NCBI GenBank assembly: GCA_963700725.1
Contig: CAVOYS010000008.1
Span: forward strand, 513,047 to 577,046
Length of the DNA stretch: 64,000 bases
Origin: an uncultured Chloroflexia bacterium
GTDB taxonomy: Bacteria; Chloroflexota; Anaerolineae; Promineifilales; Promineifilaceae
Direction: 5' to 3'
Positions 28,186 through 36,660 of the stretch are shown piece after piece (the first letter of the stretch is position 1; every line of letters begins with the position of its first letter). Position numbers and translations under genes: made by a program. The notes below the pieces were generated by a model. The model worked only from the letters and a program-made list of their open reading frames with translations, was not told where the DNA came from and searched no databases.

Positions 28186-29685
28186 ATGGTCTTGACTTCA
28201 GCTGACAAAGCAGAAGCGCCATCATTCGATCAGTCAAGAACAACAAAGCGGAAACGACTTCGCCTACACTCCATGGGCTTGCGGATGTCGGAACGCAAAC
28301 TGTTGCTCATGGTTTTTGACGTATTATTCCTCTGTTGTTCCTTGATCCTGGCTGTCAGTCTACGGACGGATTTACTACCGAGTTTGGAGGCGGTCCTTCT
28401 AAGCTCCAAGTGGTATGTCACCCTGTTGATAGTATGGGCGGTGATGGCCAATGTGTTTGATGTCTATAACCTGGCCAGGTCTGCTGACCCAGGATACAGT
28501 TTTTGGTCGATAGCAGGTGCGGTTGGACTGACAGGCCTCATTTATCTGGGCATTCCTTGGCTGACCCCACCGTTAGCAAATCGAAGCTATGGGGTTCTGT
28601 TTATATTTTGTGCAATTGTCAGCGTTTCACTGTGGCGGATTTTGTACGCCAGACTTTTTGTCCAGCCAGTTTTCCAACACAGAGCCCTGGTTGTCGGCGC
28701 AGGCGGCAGTGGGCAAGCGCTGGTTAGTGCGTTACAAAAGATTGGTTCGACGGCAAAGGGCACCCCTTTTCAGGGAACAGGAATTATTATTGTCGGATTC
28801 ACTGATGATGATCCAAACCGGGAAGGGGAAATGGTTTTGGGTGTTCCCATCCTCGGCGATAGCAAAAATCTGTTAGATCTCGTGGAATCATTGGAGATAG
28901 ATGAGCTTGTTATCGCGATTACCGAATCAGCTAGCATTAGCCCAGAGTTATACGAGGCGATACTCGATTGCCGTGAAAAAGGCCTGCCCGTCGTAACTAT
29001 GCCTACTATCTACGAACGGCTAACCGGACGGGTGGCTATCGAACACGCTGGTTTAAATATCGAATTGGCGACCGGGCAATCTGATGGCGCATTCTTACGC
29101 ATGTTTAATATCGTGAAAAGGATAATCGATATATTTGGTGCATTAGCTGGTCTGTTGCTATTGTGCCTGATCGCACCTTTTGTTGCTCTGGGAAATTCAA
29201 TTGCGTCTCCTGGTCCCCTATTTTTTCGACAAGATAGACTAGGTCGCGGAGGTAGAGTTATTTCTATCATTAAATTTCGATCCATGCGTCCTGGAGCTGA
29301 GGAGCAGAGTGGTGCTGTTTGGGCAGCAGAAAACGATCCTCGGGTTACTTCATTCGGCCGGTGGTTACGAAACACCCATATGGACGAAATACCTCAGTTC
29401 ATCAATATACTGCTCGGCGAGATGAGCATGGTCGGTCCCCGTCCGGAGAGACCTGAGTTCGTGGAACAGTTATCAAAGGGCATACCGTTTTATCGTGCCC
29501 GGCATTCGGTCCGGCCCGGAATTACGGGATGGGCGCAGATCCACCAGGATTACGGCGATTCGTTCTCCCGGGCCGTCGAAAAATTGGAGTACGACTTGTA
29601 TTATGTCAAGCGAGCAGGTTTCAGGCTTGATACTATCATCCTGCTTCGTACAATTACCAAAGTACTTGGGCTGAAAGGTCGCTGA
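28186..29685 (+). CDS. Polyprenyl-phosphate glycosyl-1-phosphate transferase (WbaP/EpsL-type initiating sugar transferase)
   Basis: N-terminal TM block, central Rossmann-like VVGAGGSGQALV, and the C-terminal Bac_transf domain KFRSMRPGAEEQSG..WAAENDPRVTSFGRWLRNTHMDEIPQFINILLGEMSMVGPRPERPEF. AGGGAG sits upstream of the ATG. Confidence 0.9.
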   Translation: MVLTSADKAEAPSFDQSRTTKRKRLRLHSMGLRMSERKLLLMVFDVLFLCCSLILAVSLRTDLLPSLEAVLLSSKWYVTLLIVWAVMANVFDVYNLARSADPGYSFWSIAGAVGLTGLIYLGIPWLTPPLANRSYGVLFIFCAIVSVSLWRILYARLFVQPVFQHRALVVGAGGSGQALVSALQKIGSTAKGTPFQGTGIIIVGFTDDDPNREGEMVLGVPILGDSKNLLDLVESLEIDELVIAITESASISPELYEAILDCREKGLPVVTMPTIYERLTGRVAIEHAGLNIELATGQSDGAFLRMFNIVKRIIDIFGALAGLLLLCLIAPFVALGNSIASPGPLFFRQDRLGRGGRVISIIKFRSMRPGAEEQSGAVWAAENDPRVTSFGRWLRNTHMDEIPQFINILLGEMSMVGPRPERPEFVEQLSKGIPFYRARHSVRPGITGWAQIHQDYGDSFSRAVEKLEYDLYYVKRAGFRLDTIILLRTITKVLGLKGR

Positions 29686-29713
29686 TCCACCTGCAGTCAA
29701 CATCCCTCCACCC

Positions 29714-30961
29714 TTGAAAATTCTTTTTCTCACACAAGTACTCCCTTATCCTCTTTATGGAGGGGCCAAGGTGCGTGCATATTTTATGTTGCGTTACCTG
29801 GCCCGTGAACATGATATCACGCTCGTATCGTTCATAAGGACCGACGACCGACCAGAAGATTTAGAACATCTTCGTGAATATTGTAAGCAGGTTCACACAA
29901 TCCCGCTTCGGCGCAACCACCTGAAGGATGTATTGGCCCTGATAGAAAGTTTTATCACCGGCCGGCCGGCGGTCATCATTCGAGATCGTGTTGCTAGGAT
30001 GCGTCGCCTGCTTGAGGAACTTGTTTTGAATGGACGGTATGATGTCATACATGCGGATCAGACGTCAATGGCGGAATATGCCTTGTTTGCCCAATCTCAA
30101 GCAAACAAGATCCAACTACCTAAGATCCTCCTTGATGAACACAATGCTTTGCATCATGTGGTTCAAAGGCAAGCAGAATACGAAACTGGATACTCTCGTT
30201 GGCTGTACTATCGAGAAGCTCGACTCCTGGCAAACTATGAGCGAAAGTTGCTCCGGTATTTCGATCACATATTGACGGTAACTGAAGAAGACAAAGAGAC
30301 CCTTCTAAAATTGTTCCCGGATGATGAAGGATCTCTAATCGCCCAGAGGATGTCAGTCGTACCGATCTGTATCGATACCGAATCTGCCGCGGTTGAAATT
30401 CAGGCAGGTGAGAGACCGCAGATTGTTCATCTCGGAACGATGTTTTGGCCTCCGAACGTCGAAGCCGTCCAGTGGTTTGCCAAGGAGGTGTTGCCACTGG
30501 TAATCGAGCAAGTGCCTCATGTCCGATTTGTTATCGCGGGTAAGGATCCTCCACCTTCAATTAAGAACCTGGCCGGTCACAAATCAGAGTACGGTGACCG
30601 GGTTGATGTACTAGGCTTTGTCAGAGAGCCAGACAAACTGATAGCAGCCAGCCAGGTATTTGTTGTTCCTATCCAGGCTGGTGGCGGTATGCGGGTGAAG
30701 ATTCTGGATGCGTGGTCTTGGGGTATACCGGTCGTTTCAACGTCAATCGGTGCAGAAGGCATCCGTATTATTCCGGGTAAGAATATTTTGATTGCAGATG
30801 ATCGAAACGAATTTTCCGAATTGGTGGTTAAGGCTCTTCTCGATAAGGAGCTTGCAGCCAAATTAGTATCCGAAGGACGGGGGTGGGTAAACAAACATTA
30901 TAACTGGCGATCGACCTATAAGGCAGTCGACGAAGTCTATCGCCAGTTGGTAAGCGGCTAG
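29714..30961 (+). CDS. Glycosyltransferase family 4
   Basis: TTG start giving MKILFLTQVLPYPLYGGAK. PIQAGGGMRVKILDAWSWGIPVVSTSIGAEGI. Confidence 0.85.
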   Translation: MKILFLTQVLPYPLYGGAKVRAYFMLRYLAREHDITLVSFIRTDDRPEDLEHLREYCKQVHTIPLRRNHLKDVLALIESFITGRPAVIIRDRVARMRRLLEELVLNGRYDVIHADQTSMAEYALFAQSQANKIQLPKILLDEHNALHHVVQRQAEYETGYSRWLYYREARLLANYERKLLRYFDHILTVTEEDKETLLKLFPDDEGSLIAQRMSVVPICIDTESAAVEIQAGERPQIVHLGTMFWPPNVEAVQWFAKEVLPLVIEQVPHVRFVIAGKDPPPSIKNLAGHKSEYGDRVDVLGFVREPDKLIAASQVFVVPIQAGGGMRVKILDAWSWGIPVVSTSIGAEGIRIIPGKNILIADDRNEFSELVVKALLDKELAAKLVSEGRGWVNKHYNWRSTYKAVDEVYRQLVSG

Positions 30962-31262
30962 GCAAACTCAAGAAATGGTGGTCCTGACCTTTAGCTATCG
31001 ACCATTAATAACAAGGTTCATTGGATCCATGCTACCAATCAATGATGGGCATGCGTGCCTAAACGGAATATTCAATATAAAGTGATTGATAAACCTAGTA
31101 ACTCCCTGGAAAACGGATTTATTGAGAGAGTAGCCTATTTATGATTGACAGCGTATGCAAGACATGTAATTTCCGCGCACTGTCTGAAGGAGGTTGGCTG
31201 CCAGCACTCCGTGAAGTATACTTAATTTTTAACTTAGCCTTACAATCTGACCCAAAGCAATC

Positions 31263-32954
31263 ATGGAACTGAAAGAATTCATTGCCCCCTTAAGAAAATG
31301 GTGGTGGCTAATAGTCCTGGCCACAATTATTGCTGGCACGGTAAGCTACTTGTCAGCCCGCCAGCAACCAGAACAGTACCGGGCTAGAACAACATTGATG
31401 ATCGGCCGGGCGATAGATAATCCGAACCCTTCCGGAGCTGAATTTTGGCTTACTCAACAATTAGCTCAAACTTACGCCGAAATCGCATCAAGGCAACCCG
31501 TCCGCGATGCAACAATGGTCGCACTCGGACTGGATTGGCTGCCTGAAATTGGAGTTCGGCCCCTCGCAGATACGCAACTGATCGAAATCGCAGTAAGTGA
31601 TACAAGCCCACAAAGAGCGCAAGCTGTAGCTAACGAGTTGACGCACCAGTTGATTCTGCAAAGCCCGACCAGCTCTGAAGAAATGGAAGAACAATCGCGT
31701 CAATTCTTCATAAGCGATCAGTTAGATAGGCTTGAGAGTAAAATCGAAGATACCCAACAGGAGATCACCGAAAAACAAGAAGAGCAAGCTAGCGCAACCG
31801 GAGCGAGGCAATTTGCCGATCTCCAGAATCAAATTGAGGCATTACAGGCGAAGCTCGGAACGTTGCAGTCAAACTACGCGGATTTACTTTCAAACTCGCG
31901 CCAGGGTGCTATTAACACCTTAAATATTATTGAACCGGCATCATTACCTACCGTTCCTATCGGACCGGTGACCGCAACAACCGTGTTGGTTGCCGCAGCG
32001 ATTGGGCTTACTCTTGCCACTGGGGCCGCCTATCTTCTTGAATACCTCGATGATTCTGTTACATCTCCTGACGAGGTATTAAAATTGACTGGGTTACCAA
32101 CCTTGGCAGGTATCGCCCGAATTTCAGATGAAGGTGAAGACGGCCGACTCATTACTCTCAGCATGCCACGGTCACCAACCAGTGAAGCGTATCGCGTCCT
32201 GCGAACCGGGATTCAATTTTCGGCTGTCGACAATCCAGATAGAGTCACCCTGATGGTCACTAGCGCTAATCCTTCCGAAGGTAAAAGCCTGACCGTTGCT
32301 AACTTAGGCATTGTTTTGGCTCAGGCTGGCCATAATGTTTTGGTTATCGATGCTGACCTTCGCCGGCCCGTTCAGCATAAGGTTTTCCGGTTACCCCAAC
32401 AAGGTGGGCTTACGAGTTTGTTGCTTGAAGTTGATCTCGCAATTGGCTCAACCAAGACGCTTGAGCTCATGAAGAAGATTATTCAACCAACAGCGGTCGA
32501 AGGTTTGCATGTTCTTACTAGTGGACCTATTCCTCCGAACCCCTCAGAGTTACTTGGATCCGTAAAAATGGAACGTGCGTTAGCGACGATGGCTGAACAA
32601 TATGATTATGTAATTCTTGACAGCCCACCAGTTTTGGCAGTGACCGACGCTTCAATCCTGAGCCAGCGCTCCGACGGTGTACTTCTTGTTACAGATGCCG
32701 GGAATAGTCGCCGAGGACCGCTTAAACAGGCTGTGGAGCAGCTAAAGGCGGGTAATGCGCATTTGATAGGTGTGGTACTGAATAAACTAAAGCCGCGCAG
32801 CGAAGGGTATTATACCTATTATTATTACCGGCATTCCTATTATCTCGATGAAAGTGAAATGGTCGCTGAGGAAAAATCTGCCAAGAATGGTAAGCGAAAT
32901 GGTGGCATACGTCAAAAGGGGCGTGGTCCGAAGGTAACGGAAAACCGTTCTTGA
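31263..32954 (+). CDS. wzc: Polysaccharide co-polymerase / tyrosine autokinase (Wzc-type BY-kinase: Wzz domain fused to P-loop kinase)
   Basis: Two TM segments flank a coiled-coil-rich region. Walker A SANPSEGKS, A' VLVIDADLRRP, Walker B YVILDSPP. C-terminal Tyr cluster EGYYTYYYYRHSYYLD. Confidence 0.9.
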   Translation: MELKEFIAPLRKWWWLIVLATIIAGTVSYLSARQQPEQYRARTTLMIGRAIDNPNPSGAEFWLTQQLAQTYAEIASRQPVRDATMVALGLDWLPEIGVRPLADTQLIEIAVSDTSPQRAQAVANELTHQLILQSPTSSEEMEEQSRQFFISDQLDRLESKIEDTQQEITEKQEEQASATGARQFADLQNQIEALQAKLGTLQSNYADLLSNSRQGAINTLNIIEPASLPTVPIGPVTATTVLVAAAIGLTLATGAAYLLEYLDDSVTSPDEVLKLTGLPTLAGIARISDEGEDGRLITLSMPRSPTSEAYRVLRTGIQFSAVDNPDRVTLMVTSANPSEGKSLTVANLGIVLAQAGHNVLVIDADLRRPVQHKVFRLPQQGGLTSLLLEVDLAIGSTKTLELMKKIIQPTAVEGLHVLTSGPIPPNPSELLGSVKMERALATMAEQYDYVILDSPPVLAVTDASILSQRSDGVLLVTDAGNSRRGPLKQAVEQLKAGNAHLIGVVLNKLKPRSEGYYTYYYYRHSYYLDESEMVAEEKSAKNGKRNGGIRQKGRGPKVTENRS

Positions 32955-32983
32955 TAAGGTCTTGTTAAGCAACAATGAATTCG

Positions 32984-33018
32984 AACGCCTGGCTGATGTT
33001 TATCAGCCAGGCGTTTTT
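32984..33018 (+). terminator. Rho-independent terminator closing the glycan cluster
   Basis: Perfect 14-bp stem AACGCCTGGCTGAT-gttt-ATCAGCCAGGCGTT followed by TTTTTGTTTTATTTT. The right arm and T-tract overlap the last codons of the convergent gene 33003-34205. Confidence 0.7.
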
Positions 33019-34205
33019 GTTTTATTTTGTTTCTTAACTAACCACCGGGGCAGAGCTAAGATCTCAATCGTCAGACCTCTTAGTCCACTTGCATAGCGTT
33101 TCAGGTATAACACAATAGTGGGCCTGGTAGACCCATTTCCGTAGCGCCATTCCATAAACTCCTGGACCGGAAAGAGTTGACCCAGGAGGAACAATATCTT
33201 AGATTTCAGACCTGGAAGCGTAATCAGAGTTCTACTCACCTTCAGGAACTCACTTCTTTGCCCTAACAAATAAAATCGCTCCCTTATTTCCAATCCAGTT
33301 TCTTCAAGCCGTTGCAAGATTTCCACCGGTATAGGAGCAAACCATTCATTGGCGGCAAGGGTCAAATTTGTAGCTACCGCAAGCGACATATCGTTAGCAA
33401 TACCTGAATTCACCAGGCGATCCCAATCAATCTCGTCTGAAAAGTGATCGGCCACGAAAGCAATGTCAACCAAAGATCGTTGGAGCCGATTTCGGTGATG
33501 GTAGGCGTTGTGAATACACAGGTGTAAGATTTGATCGTCGGGGGCTAATAGCAGCAGGTCATTTCCAGCTTCATGTTTTATTCCGCAACGTGAAATCAGC
33601 TTCTCAGTTTTTAATTTCCTGGCATAGTGAGGATTGTCAACAAGATGCCAGTGAAGCTCGGCCTGCATTTTACTGGGACCGGAGTCAACCAGTAATAGTT
33701 CATTCCAAAATAAACCTTGATAATTATGAAACGGTTCCGGACTTAGCTGATGGTAGCCAACAGCCGTTAGCGAGGCAACTATCTGCTCAAGATGTATAAA
33801 CAGGACGAGGAGATCCAGATCGAACATAGGCCTGAGAGCATAATTGTCGTATACGGAGTGGAGAAGAGATATCCCTTTTAGTAGGACAACTGGTATTTTG
33901 AGCGGGCTTAGCGCGTCCAGAATTTTGGTCAGCTCATGTAGAGCAAGAAGGTTAAATGCCGCGGTGGATTGGTACTCTTTTGCTAAAAAATGTGTTGTTT
34001 CGATCGGGATAGGGAGGCCAGGAGTTTGTCGTACCCTATCGTACAGAAGAGGTGACAACCCCCAGACCTTCGAAAGGTTGGCCAGAGCGTACCAGTTCAA
34101 CTCCTGACCGAATCGAAACTCCTGCCATTTCGTTAATGCAAGCGGGCTGTAATGAGAAGCAACTGCAATTTTTAAGATTTCGGAAACGTCGGGATCGGCC
34201 GACAT
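33003..34205 (-). CDS. Uncharacterised nucleotidyltransferase (NTP_transf_5-like, Pol-beta superfamily)
   Basis: VVLLKGISLLHSVYDNYALRPMFDLDLLV matches the G-x-..RP-x-DLDLLV core of that family. I prefer ATG 34205 (MSADPDV...) over the track start 34253. Confidence 0.6.
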   Translation of the reverse strand: MSADPDVSEILKIAVASHYSPLALTKWQEFRFGQELNWYALANLSKVWGLSPLLYDRVRQTPGLPIPIETTHFLAKEYQSTAAFNLLALHELTKILDALSPLKIPVVLLKGISLLHSVYDNYALRPMFDLDLLVLFIHLEQIVASLTAVGYHQLSPEPFHNYQGLFWNELLLVDSGPSKMQAELHWHLVDNPHYARKLKTEKLISRCGIKHEAGNDLLLLAPDDQILHLCIHNAYHHRNRLQRSLVDIAFVADHFSDEIDWDRLVNSGIANDMSLAVATNLTLAANEWFAPIPVEILQRLEETGLEIRERFYLLGQRSEFLKVSRTLITLPGLKSKILFLLGQLFPVQEFMEWRYGNGSTRPTIVLYLKRYASGLRGLTIEILALPRWLVKKQNKTKTPG

Positions 34206-34325
34206 AATAATGGGGTTCCCCCAGCAACAGACTTCGAAATAGAAGATCGGCAAATGACTTTCACTACAATCTGGATAGAACCCTTGCTAACAATCGCAGA
34301 GTTGTAGAGTATCGAAAGAAGTTGA

Positions 34326-34874
34326 TTATTCGATAAAAACCGGAAGGTTGCCTAAGGCAGTGACATCCGCCCAGTTGCCGTCGCCTTCGGTGAAAACCGC
34401 CGCCACCCGGCTAACCCTTCCTTGGGATTGCTCGATAACCATTTTCATCCCGGCCAACGTACTTCCGGTACTAACAACATCATCCACAATAATTACATTT
34501 CGATCTTGGATCAACAATTGATCCTTCTCATCCAGGTACAACGTCTGAACCTTTCCTGTCGTAATTGACCGGGTTTCTGCACTTATGGCATTACCCATAT
34601 AGTTTTTATAAGATTTCCTAAGCACCACATAAGGTAATCCCATTAGAGCACTCATTTCATATATCAGGGGGATGCTCTTGGCCTCGGCCGTTACCAATAC
34701 ATCCGCATCATCATCACGAAGGCGCTCCGCTAGAGCTGCCGCGGCCGCTTTGACAACGAACGTATCACCAAGCATATTAAAGATGGCAATTTTAACACCA
34801 GGTGATACTTCAAATAATGGGAATTGACGTGTCAGGCCAGCGACCTCTACGGTATACGCCTTTCTTATGGGCAT
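34326..34874 (-). CDS. Purine-type phosphoribosyltransferase (Apt/Xpt/PurR-PRT-like)
   Basis: PRPP-binding loop VIIVDDVVSTGSTLAGM. Upstream DVLVTAEAKSIPLIYEMSALMGLPYVVLRK is as in type I PRTases. Confidence 0.8.
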   Translation of the reverse strand: MPIRKAYTVEVAGLTRQFPLFEVSPGVKIAIFNMLGDTFVVKAAAAALAERLRDDDADVLVTAEAKSIPLIYEMSALMGLPYVVLRKSYKNYMGNAISAETRSITTGKVQTLYLDEKDQLLIQDRNVIIVDDVVSTGSTLAGMKMVIEQSQGRVSRVAAVFTEGDGNWADVTALGNLPVFIE

Positions 34875-34930
34875 GAGCTACTTTACTCCTCTATACTGGC
34901 TAGGATAAGGGCCAATTGAATCAACGGACA

Positions 34931-35638
34931 TTATCCGCCAGAAATTTGGATCAGGCGTTCGAGGGCGGCTGGATCAACGATGGTAAGTGTGCGACCTTCG
35001 ACGATAATCCAGTTCGCTCTGCGAAAGCGACCCATGGCTTTGTTAATGCTTACTCTTGTTGCACCAGTCATCTCAGCTAAATCTGTCTGGGTTAAGGATA
35101 GTTCAATCATCGTTCCATTTTCAACCGGCTTACCATGCTGATCGGCCAATAGGAGTAAGGTTCTCGCTAACCTAGCGGGTAGATCAAGAAAAAAAATATC
35201 GCTTATCTGGTTATTTAGTTGACGTATGCGAAGCGCCAGGATGTGCAATACATGCCTAGCAAATAGCGGATTGTTATCCAAAAAAATAAGAAAATCGTCG
35301 CGATGGAGCGTCAGAGTTTCGGTCGGCTCAATAGCCTCTGCCGTGGCCGAACGCGGTGAATCGTCCAATAGAGCTAGCTCCCCAAAAAAATCACCCTTGC
35401 CAAGAATCGCGAGAACAGCTTCCTGTCCATCTGATGAGGCGTGAGAAATCTTGATCTTTCCATCGGTTATAATGTAAAGTAATCCGGCCGGATCGCCCAA
35501 ATGGAAAATGATTTGCCCTGGACTAAAGCGACGCATAATAAGCCGCCTGGCTAATTCAGTGACATCCTTCTGGCTTAGGCGACGAAAAAAGGGCACATTT
35601 TTTAGCGCATCAGCAGGAGTATTTGAAACTCCAGTCAT
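34931..35638 (-). CDS. Crp/Fnr-family transcriptional regulator
   Basis: cNMP-binding domain (FHLGDPAGLLYIITDGKIKI ... FFGELALLDDSPRSATAEA) plus HTH LTQTDLAEMTGATRVSINKAMGRF. ATG 35638 is preceded by AAAGGAG, so I prefer it to the TTG at 35671. Confidence 0.85.
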   Translation of the reverse strand: MTGVSNTPADALKNVPFFRRLSQKDVTELARRLIMRRFSPGQIIFHLGDPAGLLYIITDGKIKISHASSDGQEAVLAILGKGDFFGELALLDDSPRSATAEAIEPTETLTLHRDDFLIFLDNNPLFARHVLHILALRIRQLNNQISDIFFLDLPARLARTLLLLADQHGKPVENGTMIELSLTQTDLAEMTGATRVSINKAMGRFRRANWIIVEGRTLTIVDPAALERLIQISGG

Positions 35639-35689
35639 CCGACTTGCTCCTTTCGGACAGACGAGACCCAATGTGGTGATATCATCTGG

Positions 35690-36574
35690 CTAGTTTGGTT
35701 CTCTATCTGCCGGTACAACGATACCATGTCCATCCTCAACGACGAGTTGCTCATACGCTTGCTCTAGCCCTCTGGCAATCTCATCGGTCATCCAGTCAAC
35801 CGGCAAGTTATCGGTTGGAAAAGTTGCTACTAAATCATGAGCCTTAATAGTCAGATCCGCTAGGGATAATTCTTCTTCGGCGTGAATCAGAACAGTTCGT
35901 TCGATCGTTTGCAGGTATGCGATCATATCTCGGTAGGCGTTGACATTAGCGATATCACCTCGTCCGGGTACCACAACCTTGTATGCATCCCTGGTGGATT
36001 CAAGTTGGTTCAGGCTGTCCATCCAATCATGCCACCTCATTTCTGCTAATATTGGCATTGTTCCCGAAACAACAGAATCGCCAACGAAGAGTATACCTTC
36101 CTCAGGGATCGTGATCCAAGTATTGGCCGCCGTTGGTCCTGGCCGATGAGAAAGATTGATTGAGTATGGCGGGATGAGCAACGATAGCTCATTGGTGAAG
36201 CTCAAGGATGGTCGCTGGACCGGACTATGTGGCAGTTCACGGCTCCTGGTTGGATTTCGCCGGTAAAGGCTGTCAAGGAGATACTGCGGGTAGCGCTTTT
36301 CATAACTATTAAGTTGCTCTGCGACACTTCGCTGGGCCAAAATGGGGGCATGAAACCAACGAGTATTTAGTATCCTATCTCCGTGACAATCAGTTAGAAT
36401 CAGCAGCCTGATAGGCTGGGCATGTACTCTTTCGAGTTGAATAACCCAGTCGCGAGCGTCGCGTGGGTAGGATGGCGCGTCGATGCAGACAATGCCTTCT
36501 CTGGTGACGATAGCTGCAACATTGACACCATCAAACCCTGTCTCAACAAAGATCCCATCCCCGATTTCAATCAT
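35690..36574 (-). CDS. Metallo-beta-lactamase-fold protein with degenerate metal-binding motifs
   Basis: MBL-like order of blocks: ILTDCHGDRI in place of HxHxDH, SHRPGPTAANTW, ILFVGDSV, VVVPGRGD in place of pGHG. Several canonical His residues are replaced. Confidence 0.55.
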   Translation of the reverse strand: MIEIGDGIFVETGFDGVNVAAIVTREGIVCIDAPSYPRDARDWVIQLERVHAQPIRLLILTDCHGDRILNTRWFHAPILAQRSVAEQLNSYEKRYPQYLLDSLYRRNPTRSRELPHSPVQRPSLSFTNELSLLIPPYSINLSHRPGPTAANTWITIPEEGILFVGDSVVSGTMPILAEMRWHDWMDSLNQLESTRDAYKVVVPGRGDIANVNAYRDMIAYLQTIERTVLIHAEEELSLADLTIKAHDLVATFPTDNLPVDWMTDEIARGLEQAYEQLVVEDGHGIVVPADREPN

Positions 36575-36660
36575 TATGACACTGCTCTTTGCATTAGTAA
36601 CTCATTTATGAATGGCTCAGGTCAATGCCGCGAAAAAAACTAAATATGATCCAAAAACCT

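Noticed and set aside
31141-31272. 43-codon ORF (MIDSVCKTCNFRALSEGGWLPALREVYLIFNLALQSDPKQSWN) upstream of and overlapping the wzc start
   Set aside because: It has a CxxC and a weak purine-rich stretch upstream, but no other support. It is too short to evaluate without conservation data.
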